A stretch of DNA of 64,000 nt from Phyllosticta citribraziliensis. Lineage: Eukaryota. Positions 47,230-59,413 of this stretch are shown here, piece after piece. The notes under the pieces were generated by a model, which was not told the DNA's origin, searched no databases, and saw nothing but the letters and a program-made list of their open reading frames with translations. The stretch is from the NCBI RefSeq assembly GCF_038025025.1, contig NW_027117345.1, positions 1,984,001 through 2,048,000 of the forward strand, in the 5' to 3' direction. A program made the position numbers and the translations under genes. Every line of letters begins with the position of its first letter. Positions within the stretch are counted from its first letter, which is position 1.

Positions 47230-49992
47230 ATGGCTGAATCTATAACGGCACCGCTGTCCGCCCATGACCGCCGCCGAACCCATCCGACCATGCCGCACGC
47301 CCTACGGACCGATGGTGACGTTGTCGCCCCTTCTCCAGACCTCAGCACCCCCTCCGACGAGGAGTCGCCAGCCGGTCAAGACTATCCTCCCCAGGACCCT
47401 CAATCCCTCGTGGGCTTCAGCATCGGCCATGCCCAGACGCACTACGCCTCTCCGACCACGCCAGCTGCCGAGAAGGCTGCCGCCATGGAGGATTTGCCGG
47501 GGGGTCCTTTTGGTGACACGGAAATTTATGGTCTCGAGGGCACAAGAGAGCCGCAAACGGTTGGCTCGTCTGGATCTTCGACCCCAGTGACACAAGAAAC
47601 TGCGCCACCACCTCGAGACAGTGCGACGCAAAAGGACGCCGAGCCTCGAAAAGTCTCGCCCACGCGACCAAGAAGACACCAGAGATCCGAGGACCTGAAG
47701 GCGTCGTTGCGAGAAAGCTTAACTGGGCACAGACGCCGCGCGTCTTCTGGCGGCTCGACCACCAAGAAACTACTCCCGTTCAACCTGCCCTCGCTACCCA
47801 AGAGTCCCAACTTGCTCAACTTTTCCCTTCCGGGTTTCTCAAGCAGCAATGACCGCCGGACGAGCCAGGATGGAACCACGAAATCGAGCAGCCCGAGTCC
47901 GCAGAGGACGTCGTTCCCAGACCCGCCGAAGCCGTCGGTCCCCTCGCATTTGCGCCGTTCTACAGTCCACCTGGATGGATCGAGCGCGTCGAGGTACCAG
48001 AGGGCTGAGAATGCCAGCAAGAGACCGCCATCCAGCCGCCAATTGACGAGGGACAGTCTGTTGCGAAGGTCAGCTTCGGACGAATCCCTGGTGCTCTATC
48101 GGTCCCTCTCAAAAGCGTCGTCGCTCGGTGATGACACTCGATTTGAGCATGTGCAAGAGCAGGTCAACAGTCGCATCAAGGCCATCAAAGACAGTTTCCA
48201 GGACGCCAATTTTAAGATTCGCGGTATCCCCTCGATGCCGAATTTTAACAATTTGGCAATGTCTTTTACTGACCTCACTCGCGGGCGTTCAGGGGCTTTG
48301 TCGACGAAAAATTCCTCTGGGACCCCCCGCAAAGGCACGCCAAGCCCGTTGAAGATCGAAAAAACTCCTGTCGAGGGACCGAAGAGAAGCCCTAGGCACA
48401 GCGTTGCTGGAATGAGTGCCAGCAATGCTGCCCAGCATCCATTCTTCACGCAGGCAACCAGCGACTTGAAGGGGGACGTTGTCATCCTTGGCGGCTACCG
48501 CGGATCGATTCTCCGTTCCGCAGAGCCTCCGCATCGGCAGCTGTGGGTGCCGATTAAAGTTGGCCTCAACCTGCGCAAGGTTGATTTGGAAGTGGGCCTA
48601 GACCCTGAAGACGAAGAAACAATGGAAGAGCGGGTGATTCCGGGCGGCATGCTTACCCACATTGGTCCTGTAGATATCTCGCGACGTCTGTTCAAACGTC
48701 TTCGGGCCTCGGAAAACGCCCACAGTGGCGAGTTGCGCGTCCATGACTACGGCTACGACTGGAGATTGAGCCCGCATCTCCTCAGCCGCAGGCTCATAGA
48801 GTTTCTCGAGTCTCTGCCGTGCAACAAGCCCGATGCGCCGGCAGATCAAAAGGGCGCCGTTGTGATTGCTCACAGTCTGGGAGGGCTCATCACTCGCCAT
48901 GCCATCAACCAGCGGCCAGATCTTTTTTCGGGGGTCGTCTACGCTGGCGTTCCCACGACCTGCGTCAACATTCTCGGGCCCTTGCGCAACGGTGACGATG
49001 TGCTCCTGAGCTCGCGAGTGCTAACTGCCCAAGTCAACTTTTCAATTCGTACAAGCTTTGCGCTGCTTCCCCTGAGCGGCAAGTGCTTCTTTGACAAGTA
49101 CACCAAGGAGGAGTACCCGGTCGACTTTTTCGACGTCAACACATGGATCGATGGACGCTTGTCTCCATGTGTCGCTCCGCCTCTGCCGCCGCTCAAAAAT
49201 CAGCTCAACAATTCATTCGATGGGATCATGAGGTCCATGTCCAGCGTTCTTCCTACGATCGGCCGCAAGAGTTCCATTTCGAAGTCGCCCAGAAGTAGCA
49301 CGTTTTCACTTCCTGGCATGGGCAGAGACGAGGCAGCCAAGGATTCGTCTGCAGCCAAAACTGCCAAGGCCGAGGCGCAAGCAGAAGGCGGCCGGCCCAG
49401 TAGAGCAATCGGCGTGCAAATGGGCGGAAACCAAGGCGACAACCCGGCCGAGAACAACGCGTCGCAGAACAGCAACCCGGCGACGGCTGTCACGATTCCT
49501 CGCGACAAGGCGATTGAATACCTGCGGCGCACGTTGGCCGAAACCAAAAAGTTCAAGCAAGAGCTCGATTTCCGCAACGACCATGGCGACGCAAATCGCT
49601 ATCCTCCGGCCGCCGTGATTTATGGCAAGAGCATCCCGACCGTCTATGGTGCCAAGATCGTCGGAAAAGAGGGTATCAAGCACGCGGACGCCTACGACGA
49701 GCTTGCTTTTGCCAGCGGTGATGGAGTCGTTCTTGCGCGGGCCGCCATGTTGCCGCCTGGCTACGCGGTCGTGAGAGGAGGCGTCGTCAGCAGTGACCGC
49801 GGCCATGTCACGTTGCTGGGTGACCTAGAGGCCGTTGGGAGATGTCTGGCGGGAGTCGTGGCGGCGAGACAGGCTGGAGTGGGCAAAGGGCCGGAGTTTA
49901 AGAAACAGAAGAAGACGGCGACGTCCAAGGAGGAGTGTACGAATAGGCAGATGGATGGCGGTCAAGGGACGCAAGTTGGCGTTGGTTCATGA
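47230..49992 (+). CDS. Alpha/beta-hydrolase fold protein (LCAT/lipase-like, YJR098C-like) with long disordered N-terminus
   Basis: VVILGGYRGSIL, YGYDWRLS, nucleophile elbow IAHSLGG, GDGVV, RGHVTLL; single 920-aa ORF. Confidence 0.82.
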   Translation: MAESITAPLSAHDRRRTHPTMPHALRTDGDVVAPSPDLSTPSDEESPAGQDYPPQDPQSLVGFSIGHAQTHYASPTTPAAEKAAAMEDLPGGPFGDTEIYGLEGTREPQTVGSSGSSTPVTQETAPPPRDSATQKDAEPRKVSPTRPRRHQRSEDLKASLRESLTGHRRRASSGGSTTKKLLPFNLPSLPKSPNLLNFSLPGFSSSNDRRTSQDGTTKSSSPSPQRTSFPDPPKPSVPSHLRRSTVHLDGSSASRYQRAENASKRPPSSRQLTRDSLLRRSASDESLVLYRSLSKASSLGDDTRFEHVQEQVNSRIKAIKDSFQDANFKIRGIPSMPNFNNLAMSFTDLTRGRSGALSTKNSSGTPRKGTPSPLKIEKTPVEGPKRSPRHSVAGMSASNAAQHPFFTQATSDLKGDVVILGGYRGSILRSAEPPHRQLWVPIKVGLNLRKVDLEVGLDPEDEETMEERVIPGGMLTHIGPVDISRRLFKRLRASENAHSGELRVHDYGYDWRLSPHLLSRRLIEFLESLPCNKPDAPADQKGAVVIAHSLGGLITRHAINQRPDLFSGVVYAGVPTTCVNILGPLRNGDDVLLSSRVLTAQVNFSIRTSFALLPLSGKCFFDKYTKEEYPVDFFDVNTWIDGRLSPCVAPPLPPLKNQLNNSFDGIMRSMSSVLPTIGRKSSISKSPRSSTFSLPGMGRDEAAKDSSAAKTAKAEAQAEGGRPSRAIGVQMGGNQGDNPAENNASQNSNPATAVTIPRDKAIEYLRRTLAETKKFKQELDFRNDHGDANRYPPAAVIYGKSIPTVYGAKIVGKEGIKHADAYDELAFASGDGVVLARAAMLPPGYAVVRGGVVSSDRGHVTLLGDLEAVGRCLAGVVAARQAGVGKGPEFKKQKKTATSKEECTNRQMDGGQGTQVGVGS

Positions 49993-50617
49993 TCACTGCG
50001 CTTTTTTTGTTGGGTAAGACGGAAGATGGGTCATGATAGAATGGGTGTACAGCAGCATCGGCATGTCTTGGAGTCGGCGAAGCGTCGTTATGGGCCATTG
50101 TAGTCATGATAGCGGTAGCATTAACGAGTAGAGCTCTTGTGTATAGTTATATGTACCATCATCTGCAGTCTGGCCCGCGTGCCAACACAGTTCTTGTAAG
50201 GGCCTGACCATCTTGCGGCTTGCTTGACCAAACTCGCGATTGGGGACTTGGTGTTGCGCCGGGAGCCGCACATGGCGTGGGAGGGATGGCATGGCTAAGG
50301 CACGGGTGGTCTTAGCGTCGGCAGTCGGCCAACGGTCTTCGGTTGGTTGGCAGAGCACCCCCAGCTTGTACTGTACTGGCTCTACTCTACCGCACGCACC
50401 TGGCTGGCTACCTGACCCGTCATCACCTCTCAACCAACGAACACGCGATCAACCGCAGACTGCGGGCATCCCGTCAATCCCAGCAGCTTACGGCATCTTC
50501 AATCGCCAACGTCATTACAGACCGGGCCCTCTAAACTCCTTCACTCGTCACCTCTGCCCCGCCGCGCCGCCGCCGTTGCAGCAGCAGCCCAAGGAGTGCT
50601 CCTCTGCCCGCCTCAAA

Positions 50618-51957
50618 ATGCGACGCCCTCAATTATCCTCGGCGGCCTCGGCCGTGTCGGCCGCAGCAGCAATCCTCAGCCTGCCCCTTTTGGCACAGGC
50701 CGTCAACCTCAACTGCAAGGACATCGTCGTCGACGGGCAAGACTACAACCTGGAGAAGCTCGGCGGGCCGCACTCGGTGCATTGGATACAGGAACACCCG
50801 CCGTCGATTTCCAACTTTACTTTTACCGTCGACATTTGTCAGAGCCTCAAGCCGCTCAAGGGCATAGATAAGAACGACCAGTGTCCGCAGGGAACGAGAG
50901 GTACGTGTGTTCCTCCTGTCTTCTCGTCATCTTTTGCCAGGCTGGCTGGCTGGCCGGCCGGCTGCCCAGTAGTTCCCCTCAGGCGTGTCACGGCGTGCAC
51001 CGCGAGATGCAACCACCACGGCCGCCCTCTCCCCTAAGCTGAGCTGACACCGATGCCAACACCATAGTATGCGGGACCGAGTACATCACCAACACGGCCG
51101 ACGACACGACGCTCATCAACCAGGTGGTGCCGATTGCGGGCGACTACACGCTGCACCGCGGCAAAGGGCTGGACCCGAAATTCACGCGCCTCAAGAACTC
51201 CGACTCCAACTCGGACAAGGACAAGGACGGCCTCCGCATCGAGCTGCGCGGCGGCAAGTACCCGTTCAACCAGAAGAAGGGCCAGGAGCAAAAGGCGCTG
51301 ATTGAGTTTGTCTGCGACGAGTCGCGGACGGGGCTCGAGGGCCTCGACGACCCGCTCGACGAGCGCGAGACGGAGGATGGCGATGATGAGGAAAAGGGCG
51401 ACGAGGGCGCGGAGAAAAGGGATTTGCGTGTTGTGAGGAGGGCGGAGGGCGAGGACGCGCCCGAGGGAGAGGACGAGGGCGGCGATGATGGCGATGATAA
51501 AGACGACGACGACGAGAAGCGCAGTCTGCGGTTCAAGAGCTACAAGGAAGAGGGCGACATCAAGACGCTGCGGCTAGAATGGCGCACTAAGTACGCATGC
51601 GAGTCGGCAGCGGGCGGCGGCTCCGGGGGCTCCAAGTCGTCGGACCACTGGGGCTTCTTCACCTGGCTCATCATCATGTAAGTGACGTCCCTCCATCCTC
51701 CCTCTCGCCGTCGACGAGGACGACGACGATGAACCATCACTGACGCTCTGTGCCTGCGCAGCCTCTTCCTCTGCGTCGCCGCGTACCTCATCTTCGGCAG
51801 CTGGCTCAACTACACCCGCTACGGCGCCCGCGGCTGGGACCTCGTGCCCCACGGCGACACGATCCGCGACCTGCCCTATATCGCCAAGGACATTGGCCGC
51901 CGCTTCGTCAGCTCGTTCCAGGGCGGCGACTCGAGAGGCGGCTACAGCGCTGTCTGA
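50618..51957 (+). CDS. ATG27: Autophagy-related protein 27 (MRH domain, type I membrane protein)
   Basis: Signal peptide; YNLEKLGGPHSV, CPQGTRVC, LRLEWRTKYAC, WGFFTWLII, GWDLVPHGD, C-terminal YSAV sorting motif; introns 50901-51068 and about 51678-51761. Confidence 0.92.
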
Positions 51958-52570
51958 TTGCCTGCGTCGGCTGTTTCTCTTACCGCTATATACTCTTTTA
52001 CAGGTCGGGCCGCTCTCGGGCGTCTCTGCGTACGTGCTGTGGTCGCTCGCCGCTTTCGCGTCGCTCGCGTGAGCTGCCCGTGTTGTGTTGGTTGGCGCAG
52101 GCGTGGGTGAGTGAGACGAGGGAAGATTGAGTGCGTGGGACAAAGAGACGTGTAGATTATGGATCGGGTGCATCATCTCTGCTGTACCATGTCCACCCGC
52201 TGTATGTACATTGCTGGCGTCGTGGGGGTTTGATCTTCAAGTTGGTACTTTTTCGGCGGTTGGTGCAGCAGACAGACAGACAGTCAGTCGGGCCAGCGGA
52301 TGATTGTCCCTGGCCGGTGCTGGCTGGTCTGACGGATGGATGGATGGATGGACAGGACAAAGAATGGGCGACGGAGGGGGGGAAAAGTGGTTGGATTTTG
52401 GTCAGGTGAGTTGCTTCTCGCAGCAGCCGCCAGCGGCAGCAAAGCTGCCTGCGGCACCGTTGACGGAGAATATGGAATCAAGTTTCGAATCTTCACAGCT
52501 ACCAGTGCCAGGTTTTCCTTTGTTGCCTTTCCAACGCTATGCGCTTTTCCTTCCTCCCTCCCTCCCTCCC

Positions 52571-54990
52571 TCACTCGCTCTCCCCATCACTCTCCAAATC
52601 GCCCTCGTCCCAGCCCTCCTCATACTCATCCGCCAACCCCTTGAGCCCATCATACAGCGCCTCGCGCTCCTCGACGCCGCCCATGCGGCCAACCAGCAGC
52701 GCCATGCGCCGCAGGCGGCTCGACAGCTTCGACGACGTCGCCAGCGCCGTGCGGACGGCGACGCTGCTCCTGTCCGGGCCTCCTCCGTCTCCCTCCTCTG
52801 CATCGTCACCGTCGTCTTCCGGCAGGTTAAAGATCCGCGGAAAGCTGTCGAGCGCCGGGAAGAGCAGGGGCGTGGCGTAGCGGAAGGCGCGCGGCACGGC
52901 GCTGGCGAAGCGGCGGTCGCGCGTCGCGGCGTTGAGGGCGGCCATCGTCGGCGCGTCTGCTCCATCTCCGTCAGTAGTGGCAGTAGCCCACGCCCCGCGC
53001 AGCGTCTCGACGCGGCCGAAGACGTGCTCGCGGGCAGTGCGGTCCGCGGCGTCGTCGCCGTCGCGAGCAATGCCGCCCATGACGATGTCGAGCTCCTCCA
53101 GATCATCAGCGTCGGCGAGGGCGGCCGCCACGGCGTCAACGCGGGTCGACGCCGCCTCGCCGCGCGCCGTTTTTCCAGACTTGCTGCTCGCGACGCGGGC
53201 GTCGTGGCGGGCGCGCAGCTGGCGGGCGACGGCGCGGGGCGCGGCGACGCGCATGCGGGCCTCGACGACGCGGCGGTTGCCGTCGCCGTTGAAGGCGGAC
53301 TCCATGGCGGCGAGGGAGGCGGCGGCGGGGTCGTGGGCGCGCAGGCGCGAGGGCAGCGTTGCGGTTTCGAAGACGGCGGCGCGGAGCGCGCTGGTGTACC
53401 AGGGGTGGGCTGGCGAGGGGGGCAGGGCGAGGTACGAGGGGTGGTGGGGGCGTGAGGGCCGGGCGGGGAGGGGGATGTAGGTTGAGGTGATGGGGATGAG
53501 GGCGGTTAGGGAGAGGGCGCGGTTGTGGAGTTGGGCGCGCTGTTTGTCCTGCGTTTGTGTGAGTAAGGTACGCATGTCGTTGATGTGGGAGGATGGGGGG
53601 AAAGGGGAATAAGGAGGATGAGAATAGTGTAAAGTAAGTAGATTTACGCACCCGCTGCTGCTTCTCGTCGTCCTCGAGTGCCCACGTCCAGATACTCAGC
53701 TTGCCAAACTCGTCGCGCAAACGCTCGACATAACGCGCGGAGAAGCCTCCCCAGGCGTCGTCGACGCTGCTCAACACCTGTAGGCCTTGCAACTGGTCGC
53801 ACTCTTCGATAAACGGGCGGAGGTCTCTGCCATCAATCGTCAGAACGCCATCAATCTCATGAACCATCCGACCCCCAAAGAAGCAAGACGACCATCGTCT
53901 TTGACGAGTCAACTCACCGATCAAGCAAGTCATGCTCGCGATCCAAGCCCCTAAACAGCTCCTCGCCCACGCCCCACGACTCGAACGGCTGCAGCTGCGA
54001 CTGCAGTTCGAACTCGTGCAGCTGGACCAGCGAGCGCGGATGGTAGTAGACGCGGCTGTAGTCGGACCAGTAGCGGACTGTGTCGTTGGTGAGAGGCGGC
54101 GGGCTGGTACCTGCATCGAGTGCTTGAGTATATGCGCTTGGGAGGATAGGCTCGGATTTGATTGGGGTTGTGCCATTGTTCCTGGAAATGTGGGTTAGAG
54201 GTGTGTAGGATTTTGGTCTGCATGTGGAGGGTGGAATGATGTGCTTTTGAATGGGAGAAGAGGGTGTCGATGTTCGTGTTGTTGAATCAGGAGAAGAGAG
54301 AGTGAAGAGAAATAAGAGACTTGGGTTGGAGCACGGTTGGAGAACGGAGATGTACACACGAGGCCTTAGCATCAAGACGAGAATGTGAAGAGGATGCAGA
54401 AGTCCATCTGTAGGATAGTTCCGTATCTCTTGAGTGCTGAAGGCGAGAAAAGAAGCGAAATAGAGAGCAGCTTCGACAGGCAAGGAAAAAAGAAAAAGGA
54501 GAAGAGAAGAAGTTTTGGAAAAGAGGTAGTATCAGAAAACGGCAAGAAACCAACAAACCACCTACCACAGAATCTCCCTCGAGCCATCATCCTCTTCTAG
54601 CTCATACAGCGCATTCACCTTCTTCAAGCTGCCAAACGCGCCCTTGAGGTCATAAATGACGGCCCGCGGCATGAACGTGTCAGAGCCATCGACGCCCACG
54701 CCCGGCCGGAATAGGACGTCATGGTTCACCGGCGACTCATTTTCTCCATCGTCGTACGTAAAGTACGATTCCTGGGGGGTGGCATGTTAGCAGTGCAGAT
54801 GCTGGTGTGGTGGTGGACGGCGACGTCATGTGGGCGGTGGCCGTGATTGGGCGACGCGTTGCGCAGAGGTTACAAGCGGCGATGCTGCGGGTTTGGAAGA
54901 GGTATTCGAATGACTGACTTGAGTGTTCCAAAAGTGTGTGCCGAGATAGTTGGCCTGGTTGCCGAATTGGAGGGTTACGATTTCGTGCAT
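52571..54990 (-). CDS. DML1: Misato/Dml1 tubulin-like mitochondrial distribution protein
   Basis: [72 protein letters not shown]; four introns, including a 384-nt one at 54182-54565. Confidence 0.95.
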
Positions 54991-55261
54991 GGCTTGTCGT
55001 CGTGGTTGGGGTTTGTCCGCCGAGGGTTTTGCCTGCCCGCTGATCTAGCACCGTGGCGGTGTTTGGGATGTGGACGATGCTTCGAGATGAACTTGCACGG
55101 GGCAGGTCCTCAAGTTTTCATTCAAGTCTTCAGAATTATGTGCTTTACAAGTTATAATTCATTTTGGCAGTCACCAGTACATGTACAGGCAAAGGTGCTC
55201 AACGACCGGCTCGTCTAAATGTTTGTCTAGAAATTGGTTGCCGCTTTTCCACCCCACTCAA

Positions 55262-56403
55262 TCAACCCATGAGCTGCAGCTGGTCCTCCGGCGGCCATCT
55301 TGTTTGACAGAAGCTCAAGCACCTCTTGATGCTTTGCAAGTACTTTCTTGTAGTCTCGTCGCTCATAATGTGCGCAGTCGCCTTGTCGCTCTCGTGCAGC
55401 TTCTCTCGAGCCGAACGTTCGTGGATACCAACCATGGTGACACCGATGGGCCAGGCACTGTGGAACAATTAGTTTGGCTCCGGATGAAAGCGGAGTTGAA
55501 GTCAACTTACGCCTTGCCAATACTCAATCGTAGATAGCCATCATTCGCATCCACGTAGCGTCTCTCTTGGGCCGCCTTGACAATCTCTACCACCGGCTCC
55601 AGAACGCCGTCTTCAATCTCATTCTTCTCGAGCTTCCTGAAGAACGGACGCAGATTCTCTTTGGCTTGCACCATGGCATTGTATGCCTGTTTGCCCTGAT
55701 AGCTGCTCTGAACCTCGTCAGGTCGCTGCGCAAGCGCAATCTCCCACTCGCTCAGGACCATGTTGAAGTAAGACGCCAGTTGGCGCGCCAGGATCTTGCG
55801 GCCTGCTTCATCCTTGGGCAACTTTACATCCACAATCATTTCTCCGCCGCTGACTGGTTCCAGCGTTGTTGGTATGGGTCCATCTGTGAGCTTTGGCGCC
55901 AGAGCTTGTCCCGTCAATTTCTTGTAGCGCTTCAGCCGTTGCTTATGCGTCTCGCCAAACAATCGTGCTGGCTCGGCGAGTTTGCGCAACCTCTCAATCA
56001 GCTCCTCCTCTGATATATCCTCCGCGCCCTCGGGCAGTGGCGTCTGGTCCTTTTCGCTTTGCTTAGGTGGCAAGTCTGGCAATCCAAGTCGCTTTCGGCG
56101 CGCCCGTTCTTCTGCCTCTTCCTCTTCCTCTCTTAGCTTGCGCGAGTGCTCGGCCAGCCGGCGCTTCTTCTCCTGGCGCTCATGTTCACGCTCTGTCTCT
56201 TCTTCTTCGAGTTTGCGCTTTTTCTCGAGCTTCTCTATCCGCGCTTGCTCGGCTGCTTTCTGTTCGGCGAGGTAAGCAGCTTGTCGTTGTGCTTCGATCT
56301 CAGAGCGCTTGAGATACTTTTTGTTTTCGTCTGCGGCAGCGGTGGGTGGAGTTTTGGATTTGCTTTTTTCGATCTGCGCGGACATGAGCTTGGCGAAGTC
56401 CAT
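55262..56403 (-). CDS. PRP18: Pre-mRNA splicing factor Prp18
   Basis: MDFAKLMS, PRP4-like LRKLAEPARLFGE, RRYVDANDGYLRLSIGKA|AWPIGVTMVGIHERSAREK; one intron at about 55458-55510. Confidence 0.96.
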
Positions 56404-56791
56404 GTTGGCGACGTCAAACATTGGTGGGAATGGAGAGAGCAAGGGTGGCGTGGAAAGTAGAGGTTGAAGTGAGTTGCAAGGAAGGTCGAGGAAGAGCTAC
56501 CCACCCGGCGCCAGGCTGCCCGCCTCGGCCCAAGGAGGTCCGGTTCCGTTCCGTCTGGTGGACCGGAGACTGTCCAAGCTTCTCTGCCCGCGCTGCGACA
56601 CGCGACGGACGGGTTGTTTCTTCAACATCATCAACCATTGAATACCAAACTCCGCCCACTGCTCCCGATCGGCCCTCCAGAGCTTTGCAGCTGTCGCCAG
56701 TCATTCTACTCCCTCAACCTTCTCGCTCACCGAATCGTGTCCCACGCGCAACACCAGAGCCCGACCGAAAAATCCACGGTCCTTCAGAACC

Positions 56792-57589
56792 ATGGCAACT
56801 ACAACACCCGCTGCGAAGATCGACCGGCAAACAACTACACCCTTTCTCCTCAAGCTCTTCTACCGCCAAAGCGCCTTCCATCGTCTTGAGGAGTTCAGCC
56901 CCTACGCGAACAGCCCTCCTCCGCCTCACCTCCAAATTTACACCTGGCCGTCATGTACCCTGCGCGAATTGACACATCTGCTCGTCACTGCTCTGCCGTC
57001 ACTCCTTCCCTCACCCGCCATAGGAACGCGTCTCTCGTTTCGCCTCATTTTCCCCGACACAAAAGGCGCCGCCATGGCTGCCACTGGCGGTGGACGCGGC
57101 GCAGATAATGGCAATGTGCCACCAGGACGGTATCTGAGCAAAGAGCTGGGGAGCGTAATCATTGGAGGCGGTGGGCCCGGCGTGGAAGAGGATGACGTCG
57201 TGCCACCGACATCTCGCGCAGCCGCAGCTCTCGACCGACTCGAAGGCGACGCCGACAAGACGCTGGCCGACGCGCGCTTCGTCATTGGCGACTACGTGTC
57301 ATGTTGCATCTTACCTCCTGGACCTGACGGCAGCGTTGCGACAGGTCCACCTCCCGTGCCTGCAAGTCGGGGATACGGACCCCCTCCGTCGAGAGAATAT
57401 GGTGGAAGAGGCAGGGAAAACGGGTTCGGGGACAGGTACGGAGCGGGAGGCTACGGACGCAGAGGCCCAGGACCAAGGTACGACGGGGGGAGGGGCGAAA
57501 TTCCAAGAGGAGAATGGAGGAGAGGCGAGATTCCAAGAGGGGAACCAGCGCCGTATGGAAGGGGACGAGGGCGCCCGCGGCCGTATTGA
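56792..57589 (+). CDS. SAP18: Sin3-associated protein SAP18 (ASAP/EJC-associated) with RGG-rich tail
   Basis: IDRQTTTPFLLKLFY, HLQIYTWPSCTLREL, KTLADARFVIGDYVSCCI; intronless ORF. Confidence 0.92.
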   Translation: MATTTPAAKIDRQTTTPFLLKLFYRQSAFHRLEEFSPYANSPPPPHLQIYTWPSCTLRELTHLLVTALPSLLPSPAIGTRLSFRLIFPDTKGAAMAATGGGRGADNGNVPPGRYLSKELGSVIIGGGGPGVEEDDVVPPTSRAAAALDRLEGDADKTLADARFVIGDYVSCCILPPGPDGSVATGPPPVPASRGYGPPPSREYGGRGRENGFGDRYGAGGYGRRGPGPRYDGGRGEIPRGEWRRGEIPRGEPAPYGRGRGRPRPY

Positions 57590-58197
57590 AGTGCATTGCA
57601 AGACTCTGCTGCGCCGGATGGACACTACTGAGGATCGGCGCAACCATGATGAGCTTTTGGTTTCTGTTGAAATATCCGGATCTGCATGCAGGGCGTTTAG
57701 GAGCAAACTGCGGGTATGGAACCTGCCCTAACAGATCGAATTTGTCTTCCTGGTTAATCTTTACTGCCCAGCAGCAGGCATATCACAACAATCGATTCAA
57801 ATACCCTAAACAAATCTGGCTGTGTTAGCACTACGCCTATTCCAAACGATGGCTTTTCCTAGGCGTACTCATTGACAATTCCACAGTTGGAAAGAGTTCA
57901 AAGGCGACTGATGACTGCTCCTTGGAGTAAAGAAAGGTTTTGCGGCTCCCGGGTCTATGCATGTCTTGCCGACGGCGCGGCAGCATCCCCGCACGTTCTC
58001 CATGCCCCTCCGACTACAACTGCTGCGATAAGCTAAACCCCACTACTACCGCAGTCGATACCGGTCCTGAACGACCTTCATTTCTCACAATGTTTCCGAG
58101 CGAAAGACAGTACTTTCTAATTGCCATTGGCCTCCCTAGCCTCGACTCAAGATCTCAAAAGCACCATCCATTGCCTCCTCCCTTGCCGCTCTAAGCA

Positions 58198-59413
58198 ATG
58201 GCAGACCAAGTTTCTCCAATCAAGACGCAAGCTCTTGTGTCGCGAGGGCCCTTCTCCGAGGGCAAATGGGCCATTGAAGACGTGACGCTGAGAGAACCTA
58301 GGGAAGACGAGGTAGTTGTCGAGATTGTCGCTTCTGGCATCTGCCATACCGACCTCCACTGCGGCAATACTCGAGACGACCAAGGCGTGCCCGCCGTCTT
58401 CTATCCGCGCGTCCTTGGACACGAAGGTATGTTCAAAAAGCACCATTGTGACTTGAAGACTGCAGACTCACCACGATATAGGATCTGGCTACGTTACAAA
58501 AGTCGGCAGCGCCGTCACGACGGTCCGTCCAGGCGACGCCGTGCTCCTCTCCTTTGCCTATTGCGGCACCTGCCACGTCTGCCTCACCGGCCCTCCATCG
58601 CACTGCACGCGCTTCTTCGAAATCAACTTTGTCGGCGAGCCCTCCTTTTCCAAACCAGACGCCGGGGCAAATGACAGCATCCACGGGCGCTTCTTCGGGC
58701 AGAGCAGCTTCGCAAAGCACACGGTCGTATCGTCCAAAAGCGTCGTCAACGTGTCCAGCCTCAACCTCTCGCGCGCCGACCTCCAGCTCCTCGCGCCGCT
58801 CGGCTGCGGCCTGCAGACGGGCAGCGGCACCGTCATCAACGTCGCTGCCGCCGAGCCGAGCGACAGCATCGCCATTCTGGGCCTGGGCGGCGTCGGGCTG
58901 GCGGCCGTCATGGCGGCCAAGATGTGCGGCTGCGCGGCGATTGTGGGCATCGATCGCGTGGCCTCGCGGCTGGAGCTCGCGCGGTCGCTCGGCGCGACGC
59001 ACACGATAGACACGAGCGGGCTCGCGCCGGCGCAGGTGGCAGACGCGATTCGCGACGCGACCGACGGCTTGGGCGCGACCGTCTGCATCGACACGTCGGC
59101 GTCGCCCGCCCTCGTCGCCGCGCTGCTCGACGGCACGCGCTACATGGGCCGCGTGATCCAGGTTGGTACCGGCATGCCCGATGCCACGCTGAGCCTCCAC
59201 ATGCAGTCGTTCATGGTCAGCGGCAAGACGTATCGCGGCGCGGTGCAGGGACACTGCCGTACCGACGAGTCGATTCCGCAAATGGTGCGCTGGTGGCGGG
59301 ACGGCGTCTTTCCTGTCGAGCGGCTCGTGCAGTTTTGGGGCGTCAAGGAGTTTGAGAAGGCCGTGGCGGAGATGGGGAAGGGCGAGGTTGTCAAGCCTGT
59401 GTTGGTGTGGTGA
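58198..59413 (+). CDS. Zinc-dependent alcohol dehydrogenase (aryl-alcohol dehydrogenase-like, MDR family)
   Basis: GICHTD, LGHEG|SG (intron 58428-58481), CGTCHVC..C structural Zn site, PLGCGLQTG, GLGGVG. Confidence 0.93.

Noticed and set aside
52304..53480. Long antisense ORFs over DML1 and other GC-rich genes
   Set aside because: Explained by high GC3 codon bias on the opposite strand.
54340..54450. Possible TPP riboswitch in the DML1 intron (GAGATACGG resembles part of the aptamer)
   Set aside because: Lacks the CTGAGA and GATCTGGATAATACCAGCG core elements.
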